Source of the DNA: a virus
DNA: 39,500 nt
Direction: 5' to 3' (one strand)
Virus genome (UHGV): UHGV-0205585
A program made the position numbers and the translations under genes. Below the pieces are notes generated by a model. The model was not told where the DNA came from and did not search any database. It was given only the letters and a program-made list of their open reading frames with translations. Position 1 is the first letter of the stretch, and each line of letters begins with the position of its first letter. Positions 21,917 through 32,597 of this stretch are shown piece by piece.

Positions 21917-24900
21917 TTACTTCCATCTCCCTATTGCCATCCATCTAAAGTAAGTTGCTGTGGATGTATTGGCGGCAGCCGCCCCTTGCAACACTACCCG
22001 GCATGAACCGTATTCTATATAGTCTACCCACGGTACCCCGCTGTAGGAACTATTTTCATATTGGATATTAACAGTTACGGGACAGTTGCCCCCAAATGTA
22101 TATGGGAATGTAATGGTTTTAGCGGTATTTTTATATGCGTTCGTGACTATATTTTCCCTTACCATCCCCCATTGAATCAGGGTACCATCAGATAGTTTTG
22201 TATAGCCATTTCCGGCATTTAATGATATTTGTCCAAGTTTCGCCTTTTCTGTGGAAGTCACAAAGCAATGGTCAGCATCGGTTATTACGTCAGTCGCATT
22301 GTGTGTATGTGATATAGGCGCATATTTATTTTTTAATGCTACTCCACCCTCGGTAATTCCTCCGATATAAAGATTACCGGTTCCGAAACGTAAATCAGAT
22401 CTTGCAAAATCGATATACATTTCGTCTCCATTAATAAAAGCATCGTATGAATTTGCCCCACCGCTGTTGGATTCTTTTTTTGTAAGAGTAATTCCTTTTT
22501 GATATAACGGGCTTGTTGCATTTCCTACATCCAGACCAATCCATAATTGCTTGGACTTACCGCTTTCTGGAAGAGACATTGTTGCCGATAAAATGTCAAT
22601 TGGCACATCGGGCCAATTTGCCGGGTAAATAGAATACTTATCTTTTGCCATTAATTTTGTAGCATCTACCTCTCCGATAAACTTTCCGTTCTTTGCTTCC
22701 ACACTTCCGTCTGACAGAATTTTAAAATTACTATTTGCGGTTACAACACCGTCTAAAGTTATGTTCTTAGCCTGGATCTTTGCGCTTCCACCAGAAATAA
22801 TATTAACCAGGTTTGTTGCCGACAAATCTATCCTTGCTGTTGCCAAAGATATAAGCCGGTCTGTAATCGTAAAATCTGTTGCAGATGTACCGCTCTTTAC
22901 GATCCAGTTAAACTTATCCGCTGTTTGCGTGGCTTTGGTCTCTACAGAAGTTATCCTGTTCTCCGCCGCTGTTAAGTCCGTATCCTTGGCATAGTAGCTT
23001 CCTACCGTTGCTACAATCCCATCTTTGGTAATTTTCTGGCTGGCTTCCTGCTTCCAGGTCTCCAGGGCTGTTATTTTACCGGTTGCGGTGGTTAACTCTG
23101 CCTTAGTGGAATATGTTTCGCTAACGGACGAGGTTATGGCTGTCTTGGATGCTTCTATGGCGCTGTTCATTTGTTTTGTGGTGCTGTAGTTTCCCAGTGT
23201 GTTGGATAATTCCGTCTTGGTTGTATATGTGCTGGATACGGATGTTTTAAATCCATCCAGATTGCTGCTTAAGCTGGACACCGTACTGCTAAGAGTACTT
23301 AGTGCACTGCCGTCTGCTTTCTTCTCTACGGTCTTTTCCAGGTCGGATACGTCTGTCGCAAATCCGCTAAGTGTAAGCTCGAAGTTCGCCTGCTTGCTGT
23401 TTATTGTCTCTATACTGCCGTTTACCGTCTCTAAGCCCGTTACAAGGTCTTTGGTGCTATCTGTAACCGTGGTGCTTACGTAATCAGTTACCTTTCCGGT
23501 AATTCCGGTAAGCTTTGTTTCCAGGCTTGCTGTACGGTTGCTTATTGCTGTTACTGTGCTTGTTTCTGCTTTGTTGCCGATTTGGGTTGTGTGGGTGCTT
23601 ACTGTGGTTTGTAGGTTAGATACGTTCTGGGTTATGGCATCTGTGGTCTGCTTTATTTCGGATTTGGCGGTTTTTATGGATTCTGTGGTGTTTGTTATTA
23701 CTTCTGCTATGGACGCGTCTGTGTCTTCGGAATTTGGTGTCCAATCAGTGGCTTTTGTTCCTTCTTCCAGCTTTAAATACGCAATATTAAATATCGTACT
23801 TCCGCTACCCATGAATACGAAAGGTCGCCAATACTTTCCTTTAGGTTGAAATGTTACATATAATAAAGTCCATTGATTTGCAATTGCGGATTGTTGGAAT
23901 TTTATTGTTTTGATTCCTGCAGTATTATTATTTTTGTCGACTGCGCAGTGATAATGCAAAGGAGTACTTTCACTCCCGGTTACATTAGCATTTGTTAAGA
24001 TCATTGCCGAATAAGTATAAATTTTATTTGTGTCTAATTCTATCCATTCTGTGTTATGACCATTTATTCCGTTACCAACAGTAGTACGTAAAGTGTTGTA
24101 ACCTAAATACTTAACGGTTGTGTCCAAGCTAAGAGTTCCGCCATTATTGCCCCAATATTTCGTATCGGGTAACTTCTCCCAATGTCCTGACTGTCTAAAA
24201 AGATTCCTTCCGCCAATAGTAATACTCTCCACAGCCTTATTAATATCCGTCTGTTCCACCTTGGACGTAATCTGCCCCTGTAATACGGTTATATCTGAAG
24301 TAGCCTTAGATAAATTCGAAGTATTCTTGGAAATCTTACCGTCTATCTCTTCTTTCGCTGTTGTCCACGCCTGTGTGTCTAACTTAAGCTTAATAGAATC
24401 CTGTGCCGCCTTTATAGAAGCCGCCTGCGTCCGCAACGACTCCCCGTGTTCTGTAATGGTATTGGTCTGCTCTCCAAGGTACACATTAAGACTTCTATCC
24501 CCCACCTGCACCACAGTGGACTGTATCTTCTCCGTAGCCCCGTTAACCGACCGCACAACACTATTAATATCCAACTTATTCCCGGATATATTAGCATCGT
24601 CCGCCACCTTGTTGTTGTCCACGGCACCGTTGGTTATCCCGGCATTATGTACGCCGTCCCCATCCAACATAACGGTTTTGCCATCCTTACCCCGGATTAA
24701 TAACCCGTAGGTGGTTGCGCTTCCGTTGGTGTATTTACCCAGGATTACCCGGTTGATTGGACTGGCGGCGTTGGTGGTGTCGTTTACCATAAGTTGGTTT
24801 CCAGTTATTGTTATGGCGCTGTCTTTGCTTGCTATAGTTACCTGGGATGTGTCTACCGTACCGGATTTAATCTTATTTGCGGATAGGTCGGATATCTCTG

Positions 24901-26812
24901 CATCTCCGATGGCTCCCTGTGCAATAATTCCGCTTCCGGCTGTTATTGCTCCGGTGGCTATGTTCTCCGATGTAATGTTTCCGGCCAGTAATTCTTTTAC
25001 CCTTTGTGACTCCACGTCCAGTATTTTTATTGTGGAATGGATAGAAGTAAATTCTTCATTGATAATTACTTTGTAATCGGCGAACTGCCCGTTTATGCTG
25101 TCTACTTGCCCGGTAACCGCCGTAAATTTCTGTGCTGTGGCTTCTTCGAAGTTTGCTTGCTTGGACTTTAATGTTTCGAATTCACCCGTCTTAAAGCTTG
25201 CAAAATCGCCAGTAACCGTTTCGATCTGCGCAGATACTGCTGTGAATTTTTTAACTGTAGATTCTTCAAATTCAGCCTGATCTGCCTTTAATTTTTCGAA
25301 TTCGCCAGATTTAAAATTTGCTAGGTCTCCGATAACCGTACCCAATTGTGCATTAGTAGCATTCAAGGATTCTGTAATAGTAACTTTAAAATTTGCAGTG
25401 TCGGACTTTAGTGTTTCGAATTCTCCAGTCTTGAAACCTGCAAAATCTCCACTTACGGTTTCGATCTGGGCGGTTACGGCGGAAAAGTTTTTTGTTGTGG
25501 TATCTTCGAAAGTCGCTTGTTTTCCATTAATAGTTTCTACATCTGCGTTAATTGCTTTTAAGGATTCCGTAGTTGTGTTTTTAAACTCTGCGGTATCGGA
25601 TTTTAAGGCTTCGAATTCCCCTTCTTTAAAATCCAGATAATCGCCAGACAGTTTTTTTATCTCGCCCTCTGCAGCCGTTACTTTATCTGCTACAACCCGA
25701 TCTGCTTCGTACATCTTTACATAGACTTTTTCTATGGCTTGGGCTGTGGGACCGGAAGACGAAGACATTCCATCACTTCCACCGTAAGCAGTAATGGTGG
25801 TGGTTATACCGCCGTCATATTCCATATCCATTGCCATAATTGGAACCTTATATTCTTTGCCGTCTGTATCAACCACGGTGACTATATCTCCTACTTCGAG
25901 CCGTGGATCTCCCAATATTTTTAAAGTACAGGGCTGATAAACTAGCCCCCCCATAAACCCATATATTTTATTTAATATATCTTGTGTCATAAATGGATTG
26001 CTGAATGAAATACCACCAGTACCAAGACCAGCTTTTAACTTTTCTTTTACCGTCTCTCCGTTAACTTCTTTTTCTACTATACATTCTAATTTATCTATAG
26101 AATATAGATCTCCGTTTTTCTTAAACTCATAAATTCGGTCAGGTGTGATCTTGTACACACCATAATGTTCATCGTACCATCTATGGCTATATAAGGTTTT
26201 TTTTGTTTCAATACTGTATCCACCATTGCGCGGGATGACATTCGTGCCGAACAGCTGAGAAGTATAGGCTAAAAGCTCCTTATCTTTCATATTTTTAGTG
26301 CTAGTATTAAATTTGTAATCTATAATTTGCTTGTAAAAATCATCATTAATATAAAATCCCGAAATAAAAATACCATAATAATTTTGAATATAGTTAGCTA
26401 AAAAATGTCTAACAGAAACAAATATTTCATCGCTCGTTCCAGAAATTGCCGAAAGATCATCATACGCCAGAATAGATACTGTATTCCCGTTTTTTTCTAC
26501 TTTTGTAATAGAATGTGGTCCCAGAGAAACCATTCCATAGTAAGGTGGTATATGCCCATTTGACCTGTTTATATCAATAAATAGACGAATTGTTTTTCCA
26601 GCCAAAATAGTTTCGTTGCCTAGATAATCTATTTCAAAATAAGCAGAGCAAGAGGAGCCTAAACATAAATAACTCTCTGCATTGGAGGCCTGATGGTACT
26701 TAAACTTAATAATTTTACCTTTAAGCTCTACTCCGTCCAGAAAAGCCATACATCTAAATTTACGACATGTTTTATTTATAAACTCTTCTTCATCTTTCCA
26801 TAAATTTTGCAT
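21917..26812 (-). CDS. Large tail tip/fibre (host-recognition) protein
   Basis: GDPRLEVGDIV baseplate-hub motif, long coiled-coil repeats, GGRNL...KLEEGTKATDWTP module, C-terminal GYTKLSDGTLIQWG...WMAIGRWK domain. Confidence 0.85.
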   Translation of the reverse strand: MQNLWKDEEEFINKTCRKFRCMAFLDGVELKGKIIKFKYHQASNAESYLCLGSSCSAYFEIDYLGNETILAGKTIRLFIDINRSNGHIPPYYGMVSLGPHSITKVEKNGNTVSILAYDDLSAISGTSDEIFVSVRHFLANYIQNYYGIFISGFYINDDFYKQIIDYKFNTSTKNMKDKELLAYTSQLFGTNVIPRNGGYSIETKKTLYSHRWYDEHYGVYKITPDRIYEFKKNGDLYSIDKLECIVEKEVNGETVKEKLKAGLGTGGISFSNPFMTQDILNKIYGFMGGLVYQPCTLKILGDPRLEVGDIVTVVDTDGKEYKVPIMAMDMEYDGGITTTITAYGGSDGMSSSSGPTAQAIEKVYVKMYEADRVVADKVTAAEGEIKKLSGDYLDFKEGEFEALKSDTAEFKNTTTESLKAINADVETINGKQATFEDTTTKNFSAVTAQIETVSGDFAGFKTGEFETLKSDTANFKVTITESLNATNAQLGTVIGDLANFKSGEFEKLKADQAEFEESTVKKFTAVSAQIETVTGDFASFKTGEFETLKSKQANFEEATAQKFTAVTGQVDSINGQFADYKVIINEEFTSIHSTIKILDVESQRVKELLAGNITSENIATGAITAGSGIIAQGAIGDAEISDLSANKIKSGTVDTSQVTIASKDSAITITGNQLMVNDTTNAASPINRVILGKYTNGSATTYGLLIRGKDGKTVMLDGDGVHNAGITNGAVDNNKVADDANISGNKLDINSVVRSVNGATEKIQSTVVQVGDRSLNVYLGEQTNTITEHGESLRTQAASIKAAQDSIKLKLDTQAWTTAKEEIDGKISKNTSNLSKATSDITVLQGQITSKVEQTDINKAVESITIGGRNLFRQSGHWEKLPDTKYWGNNGGTLSLDTTVKYLGYNTLRTTVGNGINGHNTEWIELDTNKIYTYSAMILTNANVTGSESTPLHYHCAVDKNNNTAGIKTIKFQQSAIANQWTLLYVTFQPKGKYWRPFVFMGSGSTIFNIAYLKLEEGTKATDWTPNSEDTDASIAEVITNTTESIKTAKSEIKQTTDAITQNVSNLQTTVSTHTTQIGNKAETSTVTAISNRTASLETKLTGITGKVTDYVSTTVTDSTKDLVTGLETVNGSIETINSKQANFELTLSGFATDVSDLEKTVEKKADGSALSTLSSTVSSLSSNLDGFKTSVSSTYTTKTELSNTLGNYSTTKQMNSAIEASKTAITSSVSETYSTKAELTTATGKITALETWKQEASQKITKDGIVATVGSYYAKDTDLTAAENRITSVETKATQTADKFNWIVKSGTSATDFTITDRLISLATARIDLSATNLVNIISGGSAKIQAKNITLDGVVTANSNFKILSDGSVEAKNGKFIGEVDATKLMAKDKYSIYPANWPDVPIDILSATMSLPESGKSKQLWIGLDVGNATSPLYQKGITLTKKESNSGGANSYDAFINGDEMYIDFARSDLRFGTGNLYIGGITEGGVALKNKYAPISHTHNATDVITDADHCFVTSTEKAKLGQISLNAGNGYTKLSDGTLIQWGMVRENIVTNAYKNTAKTITFPYTFGGNCPVTVNIQYENSSYSGVPWVDYIEYGSCRVVLQGAAAANTSTATYFRWMAIGRWK

Positions 26813-26830
26813 TTTGCTTCGCCTCCCCTC

Positions 26831-27184
26831 TTACTGTTGTATAATGCTTACACTGGCGGAGCGGTACCAGAATATTCCGTCCCCTAGATAGCCTATTTGT
26901 TCTTTTGCTAAAGTCCCACGGTAACTGCTAATGGTAATTTCTGTCCCATTATCCCGGAATGTTATGGGGAAAAATCCTGCTATAAGATTGTTTTTTATAA
27001 GCAAAAGCTCACTTTCTTGGAGAATACCCCACTCTATGTTTATTGTCTTTTTCTCTGCTACGATATCGCCTATAAAAGTCCCGTCTGACGCTCTGCCAGC
27101 GTTTGAACTCCAGATAATTTCATCTGCAGTAGATATTTTTATTGGTGCCGGGAGGGCTACACCTCCCGCTGTCAATATTGCCAT
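26831..27184 (-). CDS. Distal tail protein-like
   Basis: LPAP...WSSNAGR..DG.FIGDIVAEK; follows the tape measure gene. Confidence 0.7.
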   Translation of the reverse strand: MAILTAGGVALPAPIKISTADEIIWSSNAGRASDGTFIGDIVAEKKTINIEWGILQESELLLIKNNLIAGFFPITFRDNGTEITISSYRGTLAKEQIGYLGDGIFWYRSASVSIIQQ

Positions 27185-27197
27185 GTGTACCCCCTCC

Positions 27198-30100
27198 CTA
27201 GAAGATTAATTCGCAAACACCGTTTGAATATGTTTCCCGGTTCGTTTTTTCGATGAAGTATTTTCTAAGACTTTCCTCATCTATCGAAACCGGTTTAATG
27301 CTTTTTAAAATCTTAAGTATCTCTTTAAGAAGCAATAACAATTCCATATTACTGTTTCCAGAACCCGCCATAACTGCAGCACGCCTCGCCATCTCTTCCA
27401 GCTTACCTTCCGGTGCCACAACTTCTCCCTGGTGCCGGTTATCTCCGATCATTGCCAACTGTGGGGTATTAGGTTTTACATAACCGCCCTGTGCCAATGC
27501 CGGGATCTGTGGAGTATCTATGGTTGGAAGCCAGGTAAACGGTTCGAATCCGGCTATACTTACGCTTCTAAGCTGGTCTAACGCCCAGTTAATGCCGTTA
27601 AACGGTACCGATATAACAGAGTTTATCCCGTTAATTAATCCGTTTATAACACCCTTGAGTCCGTCTAAAATACCTTCCTTAATTCCGTCAAACGCCGCAC
27701 CGCCGGAGCTGAATACATTCTTAACTGCATTCCAGGCTGCGGAGAACTTATCTTTAAACCATCCGGTTATATTCCCGAATGCGCCGGTTATTCCCTTCCA
27801 TACGCCGCTAAAGAATCCTTTAGGATCGGAAAATGCATTTTTTGTATTGGTCCATGCGCTCTTAAACTTTTCTCCGAACCATGCATTTGTACTTGCAAAT
27901 ACATTTTTAATGTCCGACCATCTGTTTCCCATCCAGCCGCCTATCCCGCTAAATGCTCCATGTATGCCGTTTTTGGCTGCGGTAAATTTCTCCCCGAACC
28001 AGTTTCCAACGCTTGCAAAGGTTTCTTTAATTCCTTTCCAAAGTCCCGAGAAGAAACCTCCTATGGAATTAAGCGTCTTCTCGAACCATTTTGCTATACC
28101 GCCCCATATTTCCTTTGCTTTGCTGCATATAGTGTCCCAGTTCTTCCACAAAAGAACACCCACTGCGATTACCGCTGCAATGGCAACTTTTATTAATCCG
28201 ATTGGAGTAAATAAACTTGTCAATAACGTTATTACAGTTGTTATAATTGAAACAGCCTTGAAGGCAACAAAAAAAGCAACTACCGTTGTCGTAATTGCTT
28301 CTACAACTCCTTTATGTTCGCTCAAAAAATTAAATAAATTGGTGAACCACCCTAAAACTGTTGGAATAGCGGTTTCTATTAACCAGCTAAAAAACGGAAG
28401 CGCATAATTCTTCCAAATATCTGATAGTGTCTGCCCTATTATATCAATTACGGGTTTGGCTGATTCTAACAAGGATTTTATCCCGCTAATCAAAGGTTCC
28501 AAATTTAGTTTGGAAGCCCAGTTTGCTGTTGCTGTTACAATACGGTCAACAGTCCCCAGAACACTATTGAATATATCCAATATTGCCTGAATTATCATTT
28601 TCCCGTTTCCGTTTTTGTTCCATGCTTCATCCAATTTAAGCGCGATGTTAGATATTGTATCGATTATTCCTTTAAAAATACTTAATATATGCGTACAAAT
28701 TTCTACTCCTACACCCGAATTCCACGCATCCTTAAATCCAGTACCTATATCTCTTATTAGCGTTAATGTATTATTTAACAAGTTGAATATGCTCTGTATA
28801 ACTGATGTGCCTAGTCCTTCCGTGCTCCATGCCACACTAAACGCTTTTGCTATGTCTCCTAAAATTCCAAGTATATTTTGCAAATTTTGATGTATTAATG
28901 TCAAGAATTTTGTTCCGGTGCCATTCGTCCAAACACTTAAAAAACTTGTGCCGATGTTTTTTATTAGATCCAGTATATTATTTAAGGCATATTTAAAAGC
29001 ATTGATTGTGTTTTGCCCTTCTGCGCCCCATGACTCCTGAAACGGTTGAAATATCTTAGACAAAACATCCTTAAATTTCTGGACCCAGGGCATAGTTGTT
29101 GTATCCAATGTCGCCATATTAACGGAAGGTTGCACCATTACCGGTGCGTTTGATCCAGAGTCGCTATCACTATCCGAATCTGTGTCAGCATTTAACTTAT
29201 TAACTTGATCAAAAGGCATAATGGAACGATTTAGATCTTTGTTTGCTTTTGTTGCTGCTTTTGTAGCATTGGCCGCTTTTTTCGAAGCGGACCCGTAAGC
29301 TCCCATTGCATCTTTTGCATTAATTAGACCCTGCGTTGCTTGAAAACTCGACTGATAACTTTTTCCAAACAGTTGGCTAATAAATGATGCAACATATGCC
29401 GTTGCCTTAGATAAGGCACCCATAAGCGCATTTATAGCTGGTAATATCGCCTGATATATTGGTGTAAATGCTACCATTAAATTCGTTTTTATCTGCCCCA
29501 ATGAATTGCTAAACTGTTCATTTGTCATCAAAGAATTGTACAATGATTTAGCCATCGCAGTAATTCCTTTAACAATCATCGGCAAAACAATCATCCACTT
29601 AAACATTTGCTTTATTGTTCCGCCTAAACCATTTTTAAAATAGTCATTATTCGTTTTTGCAGTCTTCGTAGCCTTGCTAAAAGAATTTACTTTGGGTGTT
29701 AATTTGCTTAACGTTTTATTAACACTACTTATTTTAGAAGGCAGGCTTGCAAAAGCGCTTCCGAGATTTTTTATGCCCGCAACTGAAAATACCCTTTTTA
29801 AAAGTGCGCTCATGTTATTTAATGGTGTCGATGTTTCTGCCGTTTTAACCCTTACTTTCGCTACCGCAGCGCTCAAATTCTCCACGGAAGCCACGGAAGG
29901 TGCTGTATTAACTGGCGGTATAACAATGCTGGAACCGCTAATTTTACCGAATGCTGCTGCAGATGTGGCTGAAAACGCGCTAATTTTACTTTCTAGACCT
30001 GTATATTTTTGTCCAAGCGAATCCATCTTATTTCCAAGACTAATTATGCTATTTTCAGCCTTTAACATCTGTTCGTTTATTTTTATTTTTTGTGGCTCGC

Positions 30101-30551
30101 TGAACGTGCTCCTGTACTGCTCCTGTAATTCCTTTAGTTTCTGCTTCTGTAGTCTTATTTTTGCCTCTACGTTATCCATTTCCTTTTCTATGGACTGCAT
30201 CTGACTATTTATTACATCTGCATTTATATCAACCGGTGGACCTCTAGGAATTTTTATTTCGGGTGTAGCATTTTGGGGTGCGGAAACACTGCGTGGGACC
30301 TTAACTGATGGAATTTTAACCTGTGTCATTTTTTTTAATACTGCATCTAATTGTCTCGACAAGTTATCCATTGTTCGCCTCAAATTAGCGTCAAGAATTT
30401 TGGTTAGATTTTCAAACATTTTAGATAACCCTGAATTGCTCAGCGCTTTTTCTAATTGCTTGCCTATATTCGCCGCTGCTTCTTTTATTTGCTTATCTAA
30501 ATCAGATTGTACTTCTAGATCCAGACTTATTTTTCCTACACTCTCGCCCAT
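27198..30551 (-). CDS. Tape measure protein
   Basis: About 1117 aa, helical, with W/F periodicity and IPALAQGG..LAMIGD motif; start MGESVG at 30551. Confidence 0.92.
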   Translation of the reverse strand: MGESVGKISLDLEVQSDLDKQIKEAAANIGKQLEKALSNSGLSKMFENLTKILDANLRRTMDNLSRQLDAVLKKMTQVKIPSVKVPRSVSAPQNATPEIKIPRGPPVDINADVINSQMQSIEKEMDNVEAKIRLQKQKLKELQEQYRSTFSEPQKIKINEQMLKAENSIISLGNKMDSLGQKYTGLESKISAFSATSAAAFGKISGSSIVIPPVNTAPSVASVENLSAAVAKVRVKTAETSTPLNNMSALLKRVFSVAGIKNLGSAFASLPSKISSVNKTLSKLTPKVNSFSKATKTAKTNNDYFKNGLGGTIKQMFKWMIVLPMIVKGITAMAKSLYNSLMTNEQFSNSLGQIKTNLMVAFTPIYQAILPAINALMGALSKATAYVASFISQLFGKSYQSSFQATQGLINAKDAMGAYGSASKKAANATKAATKANKDLNRSIMPFDQVNKLNADTDSDSDSDSGSNAPVMVQPSVNMATLDTTTMPWVQKFKDVLSKIFQPFQESWGAEGQNTINAFKYALNNILDLIKNIGTSFLSVWTNGTGTKFLTLIHQNLQNILGILGDIAKAFSVAWSTEGLGTSVIQSIFNLLNNTLTLIRDIGTGFKDAWNSGVGVEICTHILSIFKGIIDTISNIALKLDEAWNKNGNGKMIIQAILDIFNSVLGTVDRIVTATANWASKLNLEPLISGIKSLLESAKPVIDIIGQTLSDIWKNYALPFFSWLIETAIPTVLGWFTNLFNFLSEHKGVVEAITTTVVAFFVAFKAVSIITTVITLLTSLFTPIGLIKVAIAAVIAVGVLLWKNWDTICSKAKEIWGGIAKWFEKTLNSIGGFFSGLWKGIKETFASVGNWFGEKFTAAKNGIHGAFSGIGGWMGNRWSDIKNVFASTNAWFGEKFKSAWTNTKNAFSDPKGFFSGVWKGITGAFGNITGWFKDKFSAAWNAVKNVFSSGGAAFDGIKEGILDGLKGVINGLINGINSVISVPFNGINWALDQLRSVSIAGFEPFTWLPTIDTPQIPALAQGGYVKPNTPQLAMIGDNRHQGEVVAPEGKLEEMARRAAVMAGSGNSNMELLLLLKEILKILKSIKPVSIDEESLRKYFIEKTNRETYSNGVCELIF

Positions 30552-30619
30552 TTCATTCACCTTCTTTCGGCTATTTTTGCAATAAAAAACCACTTACTTG
30601 ACTGTAAGTGGTTTGGATA

Positions 30620-31009
30620 TCATATTCTTTGTTTCCATGTGCAACCGCAATTATTACAATGTATTTTCTGCTTGCCAGAATATTTATGATTTACCAGTGT
30701 GTGCGGGTGCCCTATCGGGTTTAAATTCATAGTGGTTTTTGCCTTGCTTGGTATTATTTGTATATTTGCGTTATTGCATTTTGGGCATATTAATTTTGCA
30801 TTATCTGCCTTGCAGCGCTTAACAGTAACCAAAATATAGACTATTAAGGCTGTAATTATTACATTTACAAATAAAATAGCGATTCCGGCTCCTTCAGATC
30901 CTCGTTCGCCAAATAAGGATATCATCATTACAATGCCAAACACCAACATAAGAGATAATCCTACCAACAATACTTTAACAATAATCTTTTTGATATTACT
31001 CACTTCCAT
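30620..31009 (-). CDS. Moron: 2-TM protein with a zinc ribbon
   Basis: CPKC...CNNCG; promoter TTGCAA-17-TATACT (31061-31033); terminator at 30587-30614. Confidence 0.75.
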   Translation of the reverse strand: MEVSNIKKIIVKVLLVGLSLMLVFGIVMMISLFGERGSEGAGIAILFVNVIITALIVYILVTVKRCKADNAKLICPKCNNANIQIIPSKAKTTMNLNPIGHPHTLVNHKYSGKQKIHCNNCGCTWKQRI

Positions 31010-31041
31010 ACCTCCCATACTTTTATATAGAAAGTATACCT

Positions 31042-31416
31042 CTATCCGAACGCCTTTGCAAATATTTCCTGTACTTTTTTTGCAGCTTCCGCTTTCTCTT
31101 CCTCCGTCATCTCTTTAATAACGGAATGCCGGTTTCTCCAATCGTTCCGGATTCTATGTTCTTCTTCGCTGAAATGCTTTAATATATCCGGATCTTCCTC
31201 CGTCCTGATCTTAATGATCTGCCCGAGCGGAGTCTCCGGCATTAGACCGTAAAGGAGTACTGTAAACTCCTTCCAGTCCATTTCCGTTTCGATTAGCCTT
31301 ATGCCGTACTGTGTAACAAATGATGCTTCTATTAGATCCCAGTCTTCTTCCAAGTCATACCACTTACTTGCTTTTCTTCCCGGGCTTTTTCGCTTCCTCC
31401 TTGGACATTTCTTCAA
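31042..31416 (-). CDS. Gp15-like tail assembly chaperone (C-terminal part; start uncertain)
   Basis: YDLEEDWDLIEASFVTQYGIRL...W.EF..LL.GL.PETPLGQI..IR.E. Confidence 0.8.
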   Translation of the reverse strand: MKKCPRRKRKSPGRKASKWYDLEEDWDLIEASFVTQYGIRLIETEMDWKEFTVLLYGLMPETPLGQIIKIRTEEDPDILKHFSEEEHRIRNDWRNRHSVIKEMTEEEKAEAAKKVQEIFAKAFG

Positions 31417-31714
31417 TTTCTTCTAAGGTAACGTCTGCTACCGCTGCCATTACTGTATTAACGATGGTTACGATTACCGGAAGTGTATAATCCTGCTCGT
31501 TTATGTAGTCTGCAGCTTCTTTTCCCAGGGATGTAAGGATAATCTTATCCATCTTTTCAACATCATTAATTTTCTCATCCCCTGAAATTCCATGTATCAT
31601 AAGCACCGCGCTTTTGCTGGTGTTGATCTTATATACATGGTTTTCATCCAAGCTTACTGTTGGCTTTTCATTTCCTGTTCTCATTCGTTCCGCTATATCA
31701 TAAAATTTTGCCAT
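31364..31714 (-). CDS. Tail assembly chaperone
   Basis: Position between the tail tube and Gp15-like genes. Confidence 0.7.
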   Translation of the reverse strand: MAKFYDIAERMRTGNEKPTVSLDENHVYKINTSKSAVLMIHGISGDEKINDVEKMDKIILTSLGKEAADYINEQDYTLPVIVTIVNTVMAAVADVTLEEIEEMSKEEAKKPGKKSK

Positions 31715-31737
31715 TCTTATATCCTCTCTTTATACAA

Positions 31738-32193
31738 TTATTCACTGTCTGGTGCTGGAGTATAGGTTGGTCTTCCATCACCGGTTATTGTAAATTCTAA
31801 TGGTGCCGTATTCGTGGAATCTCCGCCGCCTACATTGGTTACGTTTAATACACAATTAAATGCCAGTTTTGCGCCATCCGGGAACTCAATTTCTGCTTTT
31901 GTGGAGCACTCGAGGCCGTCTTTCCATGCTGTACCGGCCACATAATCGTTTCCGTCATCTCCTACACATCTTTTGCCTTTTAAGTCCATGCTAAATTTCT
32001 TACCAGTCATCAGCGCGCTGGCCCACCCAGCCTGATCCATGTTAGTCCATTCGTCCACATTGCCGTCGATGGAAATACCGAAGGATTCCAGTTCCTTGAT
32101 CTCCACCATATCTGCAGGCGCTGTACTGCTTTTTCCTTTTTTACCAATCTTAAATTTCATGTTATATACTGGAAATACACCAATAAATGCCAT
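31738..32193 (-). CDS. Major tail tube protein
   Basis: G.VDEW..MDQAGW..ALMTGK...GKR..GD.GNDY...LEF.I..DG.PT. Confidence 0.85.
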   Translation of the reverse strand: MAFIGVFPVYNMKFKIGKKGKSSTAPADMVEIKELESFGISIDGNVDEWTNMDQAGWASALMTGKKFSMDLKGKRCVGDDGNDYVAGTAWKDGLECSTKAEIEFPDGAKLAFNCVLNVTNVGGGDSTNTAPLEFTITGDGRPTYTPAPDSE

Positions 32194-32210
32194 AAATATA
32201 CCTCTCTTCC

Positions 32211-32597
32211 TTATCTGTTATAATAAATCACAAAATTAATCACATACTCATATACGCCCTTGTCATCTGTGCCCATTCCAAGCGGCTCTGACGTGCGCAT
32301 ATCGTACTTTACTATCGTCTTTCCTCCAATTGTACCCTGCTGTCCAAAAATGGCGCTATAGACCTCCTGCGCTTTCTCTTCTGCGGGCGTCGCATACTTT
32401 CCCCAGTGCACCAATACAGATACCGCCTTTGCTGCATAGGTGGAATTGCACAACCCGCCAATCGGTATTACCGGTGCCGGTCCCTGCGTAGGATATACGG
32501 TAATGCTTTGCTCTTTTGCGTCATCCCGCTTTCCTACATACCAGTTTGGACACTCTATCTTTTCTTTTAAGAAGTCCTTTACATCTGCAAGCGTCAC
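32211..32597 (-). CDS. Tail terminator/minor structural protein
   Basis: Synteny; P.GMGTDDKGVYEYVINF C-terminus. Confidence 0.7.
   Translation of the reverse strand: MTLADVKDFLKEKIECPNWYVGKRDDAKEQSITVYPTQGPAPVIPIGGLCNSTYAAKAVSVLVHWGKYATPAEEKAQEVYSAIFGQQGTIGGKTIVKYDMRTSEPLGMGTDDKGVYEYVINFVIYYNR

Noticed and set aside
21917..22400. Diversity-generating retroelement or shufflon acting on the tail fibre tip
   Set aside because: No reverse transcriptase or invertase gene, and I saw no second copy of the tip sequence.
27520..28407. Long plus-strand ORFs opposite structural genes (also 24120-24710, 20984-21556 and others)
   Set aside because: Antisense shadows of well-supported minus-strand genes, with no RBS or recognisable motifs.
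30688..30697. Self-target of the 22-nt spacer (GATTTACCAG)
   Set aside because: 10-nt match only, with no convincing type I-B PAM.
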